DNA from: Eledone cirrhosa
Lineage: Eukaryota
Assembly: GCA_964016885.1 (NCBI GenBank)
Contig: CAXHJY010001167.1
Location: 10,620 to 74,619, forward strand
Direction: 5' to 3'
Length of the DNA: 64,000 bases
Shown here: one piece after another, positions 29,601 through 43,528 of the stretch
Numbering within the stretch: position 1 is the first letter of the stretch
Layout of the letters: every line of letters starts with the position of its first letter
Notes under the pieces: generated by a model
Databases searched by the model: none
What the model was told of the DNA's origin: nothing
The model's input: the letters and a program-made list of their open reading frames with translations, nothing else
Translations under genes and position numbers: made by a program

Positions 29601-30179
29601 CGCACATACACACATACCTCACACACACACCTCACACACATACACACAAACACACACACAAAAACAAATGCACGAACACATTCATATCATCAGAATTGTT
29701 TTATTTTTAACATTTAACCCCCTCCTCACTTAGGCTTCAAATCATTGAGAAATGGGATAGGAATAGTCACGTAAGTCGACATTGATTGGCACATTAGTCT
29801 TATACCCAGACTTATGATTTGGAGAAGAACTTTTTAGGTACAGATCCGTATGACAAACGTTTGACTTATCCCATATGAGGTTTTTCATTTATTCCCTTTT
29901 ATTATTATATTCAATAAGCCAACCGTCGTCAGATTCATACGACCCGATAATGACTTTCACGCACTTTCAATTACTGAAAGATAACAACAATTAAGGTGAC
30001 GCAGTTTTAGTGCAAAACTAACCACATCCATCATAGGCTAGACTAGTATAGTCGATAAGGAAAAATAGCACAATACCGTCTATTCTCCATTAGATTTATA
30101 TCTATCTTTTAGCATCAACAAATATTATCTACAATGAAGATTAATTTATTGAGATATTTTATTAGTCACTTAAGCACTA

Positions 30180-30330
30180 GGATAGCTGTGTGGTTAAGAA
30201 GTGCATTTTGCAGTCCCATAGTTTCGGGTTCTGTCCCACTGCGTATCACCATGGGCATGTGTCTTTTGCTATATCCTTGAGTTGACCAATGCTTTATGTG
30301 TGCAAAAAGATGGTAGATAGAAATTGTACA
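30180..30330 (+). mobile_element. Diverged tRNA-derived SINE
   Basis: AGCTGTGTGGTTAAGAAG...GGGTTCTGTCCCACTGCG...ATGGGCATGTGTCTT head/core pattern. Confidence 0.45.
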
Positions 30331-31254
30331 CCACCAAATATATTATATAACTCTATGCGTGTATGTTTGTGTGTGTGTGTGTGTGTGTGCATGGTTGTGT
30401 CTGTATGTGCCTGTGTTTACATCTACACTGCTTCACCCTTTAGCATTTAAACTGGCCGTATCCGGCCAGAATTCTCTCGTCTCTTTCTGTCCAAACTGGC
30501 TGTAACTAGCCACTCATACTGATGTTAAGGTATTATTTTTAAAATAAATACATGAAAATCTTGTAGATTCGATATTATGTGAGATAATTATATGAGGTAA
30601 AGTCTTTATCATGAAAATACAATAGTAAATATAGAGTAATGGAAATGCTAAAGGGTTAAGAGCCAGAGCTGTTTGTTCGTATGCTGTAACTTAGCAATTC
30701 AACATGATGAGATCAATGAAATAAGTACCAGTTCTAAAAACGATATAATTGACTAAAACACTTGAAGGTATGCCTATACTCCAATGACTTGATCTAGTAG
30801 ACGAGTCGAGTAAAAAAAAAAATACACTGGATTTTGAGCTTCGATGGCCTTTGTATCTCCAAATTGGTAAGATTAATTTGAATATCTTTGAAACGTTCGA
30901 CCTCATTTGTTTGCAAACATGAAACACTAACTTTGGTGTACTCTGGTGGCAAAATAAAATACATAAGATGCTTGTAGATGAAATAGATTACAGTGAATTA
31001 ATTTGCGATCAGGACTGAAAAATTCAACGTTTCGAATAATAAACATTTTCAGAGAGAGAAGAAAATTAGAAGCGGCACAAACTTAACGTGGTTCATCACA
31101 GGAATGTATACGAAAAGATATACGATATGTTTATATATAATTATGTATAATAAGCAGACGTGCGTCTAGCTTTGAATTCTTTTAAAGCCCTGATCGTATC
31201 ACAGCAATCTCAGTAGTAGCGAGAATGTCAGACAGCTGTTTCTGGATTTTTTAT

Positions 31255-31582
31255 CCCACATTTTCTTCTTCTTCTTCCCGAGGGTCGTGGTGGCAGAGTT
31301 CTCAAACACTCCTTCCAGCAGGTTTTATCAGAAGCAACCGTCTCCAACTAAGTATCGGAGTTGTTGTCTCTCAATTCGGAGAAGTAGTGCCTCTACCTGA
31401 AGTGACTTTCTAATCTCTAAGCTACGCACTCTATCGAATAACGTTACCACAAAGACCCTTCGGAGGAACCCCATTTCAGCCGCTTGTATTCACGATCATA
31501 TTCTTTCGGACGTTACCCAAGATTCCTGAGCATAGGTAAGGGTTGTCACGGATACCGAATTGAAGATAGTGAATTTGGCTTT
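31255..31582 (-). mobile_element. 3' fragment of an RTE-clade LINE
   Basis: Minus-strand translation TLTYAQESWV..ERI*S*IQAAEMGFLRRV..VTLFDRVRSLEIRKSL is typical of the RTE ORF C-terminus. Ends in a (GAA)n tail. Confidence 0.7.
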
Positions 31583-31992
31583 TACACCTACATCCTTTCT
31601 TCTGATTACTGAATGCTGGAGCTGGCGCATTACTACACCAGGAGTATGAGATTGATGGTTAGCTTTTTGTTGCTCTGGTGTCTCTAAATGAATGCCTGAC
31701 TCGATGGTTATACACCCCTATAAGAGAAAAGATATACGGAGAAGCTAATACTAGAGTTACTAAAATTTCACCATAAAAATGGAAGCTTATAAAATCAATT
31801 GATTCATAGCAAATTAAGTTAATTTTTCATGTATTTTGGTATACTAATTCTGGAAAACCGAAAAAAATATCTGGAATTGTTGGTTCTTACATATTGGTTA
31901 AACTAATCACTTTTGCGTAAATTAGATGCTAAGTGATTCGTGGTCCGAAATGTTATGCAATTATCTATGTATATATCTGTCTTTCTATCTAA

Positions 31993-32043
<51 letters not shown>

Positions 32044-32187
32044 GAAATATCCACGGTTAGTTGGGGCAACTAACCTTACATAGATCGATAACGAAATATG
32101 CGTACGATATATCATTATTACCTAGAAACGATCTTAAAGCAGAGAAGTATATTCCTAATGACTTGAATTTTTATTTCATTATTTTAA

Positions 32188-32684
<497 letters not shown>

Positions 32685-32724
32685 TAGAAAGACAGATATA
32701 TACATAGATAATTGCATATATATA

Positions 32725-34170
32725 TAGTGAAAAATGGAACGGGAACAAAACAGAGAGGCAGTACGAACAAGGTTTATTAGTTTCACGCTCTTGAGAGGGG
32801 GGGCGTTTCGGGCATAAGCCCTTCTTCAGGCGAAAAGTGTGTGAGAAGAGAGTTCCGAGGGTGTGTAGGGGAGTGGTGGACAGACAATTAGAAAGGGGGG
32901 GACGGTGGAAGGGGTACAAATAAAAATAAATATAAAAAAAATAAAAATAAAAATAAACATGAAGATAAACAAGTGGTGGAAGGGTGTGGGGCGTGTAGGG
33001 GTTGTGGCGGGTGGAGTGGGGAGAGGGAGGCGGGGTGTCCGAGCGGGGAGGGCTGAAGGTGGTGTATGTGTGTAGGTGTACGTGTGTGTGTGTGTGTGTG
33101 TATGTGAATGTGAGAGTTGGGGGAAGAACGAGGTTCCATGTTCAGGAAAAGGTGTGCGTGTGGCGTGGGGTGTAGGTCGGTGTGTGTGTGCGCGTGTGGA
33201 TAGGGAGGGGTCAGAGGGGTGGGGGAGGGGGAGAGGATTCCGGAGGCTGAGTGTGTATATATGTGGGGGTACGCACATTTATACGTATTGTGGAGTATGT
33301 GGCGTGGTTGGAAAAAAAATGTTTGTGAGTGTATGTCCGTGGGTAAGTTCCTAAGGTAGTTCCGTAGAGGGTGTGGTGAGTTGCCGGATATTTTCCTTGT
33401 GATGGAGTTGATGGTGGGAACGATGGCCGATGTGTGTAATCCGTAGTTGTGTTGGTCGGAAGAGGGGAGTGTGGGGTTCGCGCACAACAGGAAGTAGTCA
33501 GAGTGTCAAGGCAGAAGGAGGGTAGAGGAGAATGACAGGTGGAGAGGGCTGTGTGTCTGTGTGTGCGGAGAAGTGGTCAGAGGGTCAAGGCATAGCAGCA
33601 GTAGAGGAGAATGGCAGGTGGAGAAAGTCGGTGTCAGTGTGTGCGGAGGTGCGGTGGACAGGGGGAGAGGATGGTTAGGTGTGAAAGATGGAGTGGGGAG
33701 GGGGTCGTGCGGGGGGAGGGTGTGTGTATTTGTAGAGGTGTTAGTGGGATGTCTGTGTGTGTGAGAACGGGTGTGGGTGGAGCGAGAAGAGGGAGAGAAA
33801 AGTGTGGGGGACGGTGGAGGGAGTGTAGTGTACTGGTGTGTGTGTGCGTGTTTGGATGAGTGTGTGTGGTGAAGGGGGTGTTAGTGGGTGTTAGTATACT
33901 GGTGGTAGGGTGTGTAGAGTGGGTGGTGTAAGTGGGTGTGGGTGGGTGTGTGTGTTCGTGTGCGTGGGGTTGGTGGGATGTTACTGGTATTAGTTGTGGG
34001 GTGGTGGGAGTGGATGTGTGTGTGAGGGTCAGTGGTGGTAGTAGAGTGTGTGGATAGTGTGAGTGCGTGTATATATGTACCGGTGGGCGTGTGCGTGATA
34101 GGGGGAGGGGGCAGGGGGGAAGGGGGAAATATGTTAGTATTGTTAGTTGGGGGAGGGTTGTCGGGGTGGA
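32725..34170 (-). mobile_element. Degenerate retroelement with C/A-rich body and 3' hammerhead-like motif (copy 1)
   Basis: The minus-strand peptide LHTSAIVPTINSITRKISGNSPHPLRNYL resembles a non-LTR RT C-terminus. The 3' region carries CTGAAGAA-GGGC-TTAT-GCCC-GAAAC and AATAAA. Duplicated at 34975-35485. Confidence 0.5.
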
Positions 34171-34327
34171 TATATATATAATATAGAAATGGCTTCTATA
34201 GGACTAGAACTGTTTCATTTGGGAGAAATGAATATATATATATATACTATATATAGAGTTATAAACTCAAACAGTCTTTTACAATTAATTAGCTCAAAGA
34301 AAGAAGTATTTCTGAGCCGTGAAATAC

Positions 34328-34958
34328 AAGTTAATATAAATTAATATATGATAAACACTAATATAATCATACAAGTGTTTGTATTACAAATGACCAAGTT
34401 AGCTAGATTGAAAAATACTAATTAGATTAATACAGTTTGCCTGTCTCGATTTAAAATAATAAATCAATAAAAACAAACCCATATTGGCAATAGCCGTGAT
34501 ACCTGGACAAATTTAAATTTCAAAACCCAAATAAGTTTCTCAACGATAATTGAAGAAGTGAAAAATTCCATTTCCTGTGGTCATCAGCAGGTATCCAGAA
34601 AAATTGGTATGTTTCACCTCGAAATACTTAGGAGGACTAGTAGTCAAGTGTTAACGCACATGGTTTTTCAGCTCCTAGCTATCCCAGCTATCCTTCAATT
34701 ATCGTTGAGAAACTTATTTGGGTTTTGAAATTTAAATTTGTCTACGGAACAGGTTTGGGTTTTGAAATTTAAATTTGTCCAGGTATCACGGCTATTGCCA
34801 ATATGGGTTTGTTTTTATTGATTTATTATTTTAAATCGAGACAGGCAAACTGTATTAATCTAATTAGTATTTTTCAATCTAGCTAACTTGGTCATTTGCA
34901 ATACAAACACTTGTATGATTATATTAGTGTTTATCATATATTAATTTATATTAACTTG
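34328..34958. repeat. Long inverted repeat / foldback (arms ~225 bp, spacer ~140 bp)
   Basis: 34328-34553 is the reverse complement of 34694-34958, with a small internal duplication in the right arm. Confidence 0.85.
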
Positions 34959-34974
34959 TTTATATATATATATA

Positions 34975-35484
34975 GTAAAAAATTGAACGGGAACAAAACA
35001 GAGAGGCAGTACGAACAAAGGTTTATTAGTTTCACGCTCTTGAGAGTGGGGTGGTGGTGGGGAACGACGTTTCGGGCATAAGCCCTTCTTCAGGTGAAAA
35101 GTGTGTGGGAAGAGAGTTCCAAGGATGTGTAGGGGAGTGGTGGAGAGACATATAGAAAAAAGGGGTGAGAGGAAACGGTACAAATGAGATTAAATATAAA
35201 AGCATAATAAAAATAAAAATAAACATGAAGTAAAACAAGTGGGGGAAGGGTGTGGGGCGTGTAGGAGTGGTGGCGGGTGGAGTGGGGAGAGGGAGGCGGG
35301 GTGTCCGAGCGGGGAGGGCTGAAGGTGGTGTGTGTGTAGGTGTACGTGTGTGTGTGTATGTGAAAGTAAGAGTTGGGGGAAGAACGGGGTTGCATGTTCA
35401 GGAAAAGGTGTGTGTGGGGTGAGGTGTAGGTCGGTGTGTGTGTGCGTGTGTGGATGGGGAGGGGGGGGGGGGGATTCCGGAGGC

Positions 35485-35485
<1 letters not shown>
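34975..35485 (-). mobile_element. Copy 2 of the hammerhead-motif-bearing retroelement 3' end
   Basis: Homologous to 32725-33250; motif CAC-CTGAAGAA-GGGC-TTAT-GCCC-GAAAC-GTC at 35064-35100 (minus). Confidence 0.55.
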
Positions 35486-35522
<37 letters not shown>

Positions 35523-37988
35523 TGTGTGTGTGTGTGTATGTATGCATATATATATTATATATAACATCGTGAATGAGGCATAATAGCTATTTAAAACACA
35601 CATATATATTGTGTGTGGGAGAGAGAGTATGAGAGAGAGAGAGAGATAGAGAGAGAGAAAGAGAGAGAGAGAGAGGTGGAAGAAGCTAGAAAGTTATCTC
35701 ATTTTGTTTTTAAACAGCCTTATCGTGATTAAACTTCGAAAGTTTATAAAATGAAACTATTTACCGAAACATGAAACTTTCTAATTCTAAATGTACGGTG
35801 CTGAGTTGAATAGTTATTTTTTTTTGTTCATTTTATTTTCGACATTTGAATTTCTGTATTTATTTATATTTTGTTTTGCTTAAACACACTAACACAATGA
35901 CGTCATTTTACTTAATATTTATATGTCGTTGTTATCTTTTAAACTGACTGTTTGATGTTTCGTTTTTCGCTGTTTGGAATTTGGAGGTTTGTGCTTGTTA
36001 ACAGGCGGTATTGTTGATGTTGGGGCTGCTATTTTTGAGGTGTCTGTGTTCTTTTTGAGGGAGGAATGTATGTCATTCAGGACAGCTCGTTAGTAATGAA
36101 TTAACAGTTGTTGGACCTCCATCGACTCTGACGATGAGTGATCCAGTTGTTTGATCAACGGAACAACTTGCCGTACGGTATTGAGCATAAGGTTCTAACC
36201 ATAAAGTCACGCACCTTCACTGGTTTACAGTAATGCCAAGCACGCTGGCTTAAACTAATAAGTAAGCAGTTTGTTTCACAATATAGAGGTACCAAGTTCT
36301 ATGTCCATGCTTGGCTTTTTGGGCAAGTTTCTTTTCCCAAAGACTCGAGTTAATCGAAACATTGTAACTCGAATTATGAAGTGAGAAACAGTGCGGAAGG
36401 CCGTCAGATGGATTGTACCTGTAATTCAAATGGATAGCAGATAGATCTCTTCAAGGAGACATTACTTTCAAAGAAAAATATTGCTCTATCAGTAGAGAAA
36501 TTTCAGTACCCATGACATATGTAGTAGGTCCTCCAATAGTGGTCGGAGAAAGGGAGAAAATTATGCTTAGACCGGCGAATGCTTGCACAGAGGTGGACGC
36601 CATAAAAGGTAACCAACAGTTAATTCGTGGTGATAAACTAAGTGATGGGCCTTTTCGAAAGAAAGAAAGAAAAAAAAACACCAGGGACAAGAGCATCAAC
36701 AACTGTGCCATTTGTCGGTTCAAGAAGAGATAATTGGGGCTATTCGAGGTCAAATTTGTCTCTCATTGTTTCAAGTAAGATTGATAAATAAGTACCAATT
36801 ACGTATTGAGGTCAATTCTGCTACCTCTTTCTCTCTGTCTCTCCTGGGCCACATTACCCTACGGCCGGATGCCTTGTCTTTCAGTTATGTCGGGACCCTT
36901 CTAGAATTTCAATTATTCACTCCACTATAGCAAAAATTAATGATGGGCCTTTCATCTCCGCGAGGTTTCTTGGCTTCTGTCTAGTCAAACCTATGGCTTT
37001 AATTCTCACCTTTTCTCTTTCTCTTCGGAAAAAAATCGCCTGTACTCAGGCCCAGAGTTGGATGCTCTCCGCCAGATTTAAATATCAAAGGCTCAAAACA
37101 CGTCGGACAGGAGTTCAGGGCTTGAGGTTAAAAAGAAAAAAGAAGGAAGACTTAATCTGCTTTCCAAGCTCACACCATCACCCTATCTGTTCTTTTAGCG
37201 GAGTTTACGCGGCTGCAAGTATTCGGGAGAGTCCCCAGTCTGAAGATAACCTCTTCCCATTCCTTCCACAAGTATCGGAAGCACTGAAAATAAGGGGTAG
37301 GTCATAGGCACTCCCTTCCCACATTGACTATATCAAAATATCAGTAATAACATCAATAACATATTCACACACAAGAAAGCTCTAAATACGATACTCGGAT
37401 CTACAACAACAGTGATAAAAGCAAAGGAGCAGCTTTTATCTGTTACTAACAAAGTCTAAAGCTTAAGAGTAGACTAGATTGCGGTAAAAAAAAATTGTTG
37501 CCTGTTTAAAGGCATGTTTAAATGAATTAGGCGTTGGTTTCCATCCTGGCGTCTGCGAACCTCTTGAGGTTCGTATAGGTAATAAAAGGGGTCAGTGAAC
37601 TGAAATCAAAATTCCAAGCATTTGGGAAAACATAACATACACACACTATTCGGTATCAATTCATTGAATGTAAACAACGTTTCTCACTTCCTAATCTGAG
37701 AGAGAAATAATTGTAGTATGTTAGGGTAGATGGGTGTAACGTGGCAAAATTCATTAAAATAAAAGGGGTTCCTAGAAGTGAAAAGGAGCTGGGAACTACT
37801 GCACTTGGCGGAAGTGTGCTATATATGGGCCAACTACTTATATTTCATATGTGTCCTTTAAACAAAAATAACAGCAGCTACGATAGCGACACCATCATCA
37901 TCAATAATAATTCATTTAGAAATGTTTTAAGAATTTATTTTTCTTCCTTTTCTTGTAATTTGTTTTTCGGTCTGTTATTTATATCAAG

Positions 37989-38153
37989 GACAATACATAC
38001 AGAAACGCAGTCATCAAAGGTTATGGTTGGCACTTGTAAACTTTGATAAGAGCATCGCTAAACTGGAGGAGAATATCATTAGTTTAGCAGCAGACCTCGA
38101 GGAGTTAGGCATGAATAGATCTTATATTTTCATCGCTGGACACGGTGAAGCAG
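37989..38153 (+). CDS. Putative second coding exon (165 bp, phase 1-1) of the alpha/beta-hydrolase-fold gene
   Basis: T-rich tract plus AAG| acceptor; open frame (G)QYIQKRSHQRLWLALVNFDKSIAKLEENIISLAADLEELGMNRSYIFIAGHGEA(G); CAG|GTAAGA donor. IFIAGH matches the strand preceding the nucleophile elbow. Confidence 0.65.
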
Positions 38154-38710
38154 GTAAGACATCTATTATTAACTTTCTTTTCACACAATCTGCCTCAACA
38201 GGTTTTCGCTCGCTCCAATTTACTTCAGGCAACTTTACGAGTATCATATTGGAAGGAATTTTACAACTTTAAACTCCTACACCACCAATGTTAAAGGTAG
38301 GCGGAGATTTGAAGTAAAGCTATATAATCCCGTCATTGTGAAGCATGACGAAGACCAACCTTCTCTAGTAGGCATTTACTAGCGTACGTCCACTCATGTT
38401 AACAGTGTCTCATGCACTTGGAGAAGTCATCAGAGCCCCAGCAAAAGGTCACGTTGATAATATCATACCTTGCTCTTCTCAGCCAAATGACAACTATTCA
38501 TGACAGGAAGTTACTATCAGTTTCAATTTAGCCTTCATTTCAATACCACCCTCAGTAACATTTAAGGATATTGTGTAGATAGCGGTAAATCTTCAAAATG
38601 GAACTCCTAATTCATAAATTGAACTCTATAGTCTGAGCCCACGTTATATACAGACTGCATTACACACGCACACACACATATACACACACAGATACACACA
38701 CACCTACATA

Positions 38711-38751
<41 letters not shown>

Positions 38752-38877
38752 CAACGAAGGCCGTATGGACTCCGTTTATTTTTGAGAATCGAAACCGAAT
38801 CGGTAAAGGTAACCATAGTAAGTAAAGTTAATTTTTTTTAATTTATTTTGAAACTTTTTCTTATTTGCTAAACCTTG

Positions 38878-38945
<68 letters not shown>

Positions 38946-40285
38946 TGTAGTTCCTGTCTGTTTGTTTGTTTGTTTGTTCACGAACTCCTCCTATGGTTTT
39001 GGAGATAGACCCCCCCATAACCATATATATTCTAAAACTACATTGCCCAGGGTACTTGGATAAGTATATTTCATTTTAATCAAAGTGTTCCCCGGGAACA
39101 CAAACCCCCGCTGAAAATGTTTTCCCTTCGATTGATATGAAATTTAAACCATAGGTAAATGAGAAGATATGATGCCTATTCATAAAAGTTTTGAATTGAT
39201 ATTTTGAAATAAAATTATTTACAAGATCAAAATAAGAATAAGATTTAATAATGTAATTTTGAGTTGATATATTACAAAAAATAATGTTTTCCAATTTTTC
39301 ATACATTACATTTTACATTAAGTAATATTGAAATGTATATATATATATACATACTACTGTACGTCTGTATACATATATGTATGTACGTATACATACTTAT
39401 ATTTAGGTATCAGCCGTACTAAGAGTGAGAAATGAAATTTTGTTTCATTCTTTTCCATTTATCGTTTTCGGTGCGCCCGGCCGACTAACTCACTCGATAT
39501 GCAAATTAGGCTGCTCAGCCGTTAATATGCATAAGGAAAGTATATACTTTCAAACTTCCAATCATCTGACAGAAAGGTATACGATGCTGACGATAGCTAA
39601 TAAGCTTGAAACTAGTACATCGTTCCTGTGTCACTGTTCAACAAAAAGGCGACGATGCTGGCCGAGCACTGTACGGCGTAATTCGGGCTGTTTGTTTACA
39701 AACAAACCGAACATTATAATAAATGTTCGGTAAAGCCATACGTACATATATATATGTATGCATGTATGTATATATATACATGTGTGTATATATATATACA
39801 TACTACTGTGCGTCTGTACACATATACGTATACATACTTATATTTAGGTATCAGCCATACTAAGAGTGAGAAATGAAATTTTGTTTCATCCCTTTATATA
39901 TATATATATATATAAAGGGGCTGTGGAAGCATTTCTGAATTGGGGTGGGTGGGGGCGAGGTAGGCAAATTTGGATAATTTTGTTGTAGAGATTAGTTCTT
40001 TGCACTCTATAATGGTCAGACAACTTTGATATGTGGTAAACATCACCTGTACATAAATTGTAACGTATATGCAAGTAAATGTGTGTTTTGCTAGTTTTGG
40101 GAGAAAATATAATTATTGGAGGTGTGTGTGTGGGGGGGGGTATTCCCCCCACCCCTACCCAGTTCCACCACCACTGTATATATATAATTTTAAAAAAATA
40201 TGGTCTGTGCCCTTTCTTGAGGAGTTAATATATCGAAGTTCTTCGCATTTGGTAAGAAATTGGTATAATACCCAATTTTTTCATC

Positions 40286-40344
<59 letters not shown>

Positions 40345-40549
40345 GTATATATATACATATACATTCATTAAATATGGCTATAGGTGAGCTTTGTTACTCT
40401 AAAGTTTCACGTGCGCACTCATAGGATCACCAGTCTTGTCTGGTGAGTACGCAGGTGAGACTCCAGAGTAACAAGGCTTAGCCATAATAAATAAATATTT
40501 AAACTCTACTTCGATAAGTTTTCATTCTTACGTCCGTCAATAATTCACG

Positions 40550-40883
40550 TACTCTCAGGTCTTGAATAATTATCCCCAATCCCGCTTATTAATTTGACAT
40601 ATACCCCCTCCCCCCTCCACGTTTTTATTCCACCCCCACCGTCCACACGCTTATATTAAATTTTGTTAATCTATCTCCGGCAAAATTTTATTATAAGTGA
40701 TTCATATTGAAGTGGAAAATCTAATAATAATTTTATTTTATATTGAAAAAAACCTTATATATGACAAAAGAAGAACATTACAAGAAATCCCATATTTACG
40801 AACATAGAGTATACAATTGTTGATTTCCCAAGACCCCCACCCGCATTATAGTCACATCCTCCTATTATTTGGGACCCGGGAGT
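40550..40883. mobile_element. MITE-like element, copy 2, TA-flanked
   Basis: Imperfect TIRs TACTCTCAGGTCTTGAATAAT ... ATTATTTTGGGACCCGGGAGTA; homologous to 5548-5894. Confidence 0.55.
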
Positions 40884-40884
40884 A

Positions 40885-41490
40885 CCACCAAACTCTTCTT
40901 CTCTTTATGTCTATCACACAAAACTCTGTTTAATCCCCCCTCTCTATATCTACTAAAACTAAACTCTACCCCTCTCTATATCTACCACGACACCACTTCT
41001 CTTATCCCACTCTTTACATCTAAAACTAATACACGCTCTAACTCTATATGAATATCTACACTTATCTCTCCCAATCCCCCTCTGTATATCAATCACCCCT
41101 AAAATCTCCCCCTTTCTATATCTGCCACACGGCACTCTCCCATTATCCCTCTCTGAATATCTACAACCAGAAATTCTCCCCCTCTCTATATCTACAACTT
41201 GGTACTCTCTTCCAATACCCTTCTATTTATCAATAAACATCATTCTCTCCCTCTCTCTATATCTAGCACACAACACACTCTCCCAATCCCCCCTCTCTCT
41301 CTACCATACAACAATCCCTCTCATTCTCTCTCGCTCTATCCATCACTACAAAACTCTCCCCCTCTCTACATCAACCATACAACACTCTCTCCCAATGCTC
41401 CTCTCTATATCAATTAACATCAAACTCTCCCCCTCTCTATATCTACTACACAGAACTCTCTCCCAACTCCCGCTCTATATCAACTACCAC
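40885..41490. repeat. Degenerate CT-rich minisatellite (CTCTCTATATCAA/CTA...AACTCTCCC units), left part
   Basis: Seen directly; resumes at 47189-47810 on the other side of the LINE. Confidence 0.8.
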
Positions 41491-41691
41491 TTGATATAGA
41501 CGTGAATTACTTCGCTCCGGACTTTTACGGATTATTGTCAAAAACTGTGAGTTCATTGCTCAATTTAATAGCATTGTTTAGTTTAACCCCATGCCTGGAC
41601 CTTCAGACGTTGAGTCAACTAATTTTCGCCCCTTTCTGGGGCGAAATTTTCATTTTCATCTCAAAAACTGTGTAGACTTGGTAGTCAGCAA

Positions 41692-43487
41692 TGGATGCCA
41701 TTTCAACCTCGCACACTGTCGTGAGTGCCACGTCCACTAAGAAAAGTGGTGGAGGGAAGGTAGGAGTACAAAGCTTGCAGCCTTCCCCCATCGCATTATC
41801 GAAAAACGTTGAAAATATTTAAACCAGGAAACCAGATCCGGTAAATAATACCAGCACCAACAAGAACAATGACAATAAGACCACAACCAACAACTGCAAC
41901 AATAGCAACACCAAGGAAAACATGAACAATATTACCAACAGTGACAACAACAACAGCAACAAAAAAGACAACAACACCAAAACAACGTTCGCACAGACTG
42001 TAAAAAAAAACGAACTATACACGCCAATTGACATAACAAATGCTAAACAACTACTACAAGACGCAAAACAATTGGTGACTTTTGGCGAAAACGGTGCTTT
42101 TAGCATCAATTCTCCACAGGAATTACGTAGAGAGGCTGTCCTGAAAACTGTGGTTTTCAGGACAATATCGAACGAAACAAGAAAACCAGCTCAATTATCA
42201 CAAAATGAGATTGAGTTGGTTCTAAAAGATGCAATGAAGGACATAACCTTCATACAAAAATGAAAACTGTTTGGTAGCATTTCGATGCTAATGAACAAGC
42301 AGTCAACAGCACAAAAATACTCGGTATCACCCATTGTGTCCCCCCGCTTCACCTTTTTCCCCACATAGAGGGGAAAAAGGACACAAAGAATAAAATAATG
42401 AGTATCACACCAAATATGAATATTTGGTGGATACTATGTGGAATCATTGACTTTGATGAAGACAGGATAATTTCAATAGGAAAGTCCTCCGGAGGTGTAT
42501 TTGGTGGGACCAGCGTAGAAGTTCTGGTGCAAATGAGCCCAGAACGAATAGCGAATAGTCCACAACGCGTGCCTCTGGACGGGCTAACTTATATAAACAT
42601 TTCAGTGGGGGCAAGGCGGCCGTCATGTTACCACTGCTTAAGCAGGGGTCACCTGAGGGCTGCCTGTCCTCAATTAACGAGTAAAAAAAAAAGGCTCTTC
42701 TGCCAACCCCGAACACAACAACACCACCACCACCACCACCACCACAACAACAACAACAACAACAACCACAACAACACGGAAAAATAACAACACAAAACAC
42801 TGTTCCACCCAACCCCTCCCCACCTAAAACAAATACAAAAGCAACCACAACAAAACCCCTAAATATACCCCTCCCCAACAACACGTATCAACGTCACCCA
42901 GTGACGACGAGGAAGAACCCTTTCAACAGGTGAAAAGGAAAAAAAAGGCACCACATTAACAAAAATGCTACAAACACACAACCACCAGCCCAAACAGAAC
43001 AAACATCACAAACAAATAAACCCACCTCTCCCAAAACATTACACATACTACAAAACGCAAACACGCACAAGAACAACAAACAAAAACAAACACAACACAA
43101 CAAAAACTCTATACATACATTAACAAGAACAATAAAACGTTGATGAAAGCAATAGAAAATAACCCTTCGGTGGAAACCGAAGAGATCACTTTCACCTACG
43201 CAGCGAACAAACCGCACCTAATGATGATTAGGGTCCCAACGGAAACCTATGTAACTTTGAAAAACAACCATCCAATGCATGGGGAGACCAACTGGACCAA
43301 ACCACTTAACCACGTCCTATTGAGATGTTTCCCCACCCCTACACCAGACACCCACACCCCACCAAACACCCTAATCCCACCACACACTGATGTCCTCACC
43401 CCACCACAGACCACCACCCCACCAAACAACCCTTCCAACACCCCCATGGAAATTGTGCAGCCTGGTCCCCAGGAGACGAAGAGGTAA
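41692..43487 (+). pseudogene. LINE ORF1 (gag-like, zinc knuckle), interrupted by stops and frameshifts
   Basis: ORF pieces 41922-42263, 42398-42787 (CCHC) and 43140-43487, with Asn/Thr-rich low-complexity linkers. Confidence 0.7.
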
Positions 43488-43528
43488 GTAATTTCCTTTC
43501 CTCTTCCTTTTAACTCTTCAGCACCAAC

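Noticed and set aside
38130-38272. P-loop GTPase motif GHGEAGKTS
   Set aside because: GKT arises from reading through a strong CAG|GTAAGA donor. No downstream G3/G4 motifs appear, the frame stops soon after, and the upstream sequence fits an alpha/beta-hydrolase fold better.
38935-39320. Helitron/Helentron-type non-autonomous element start (TATATAAAG..GTCTGTTTGTTTG..)
   Set aside because: Only a superficial resemblance; no 3' hairpin or terminus could be confirmed.
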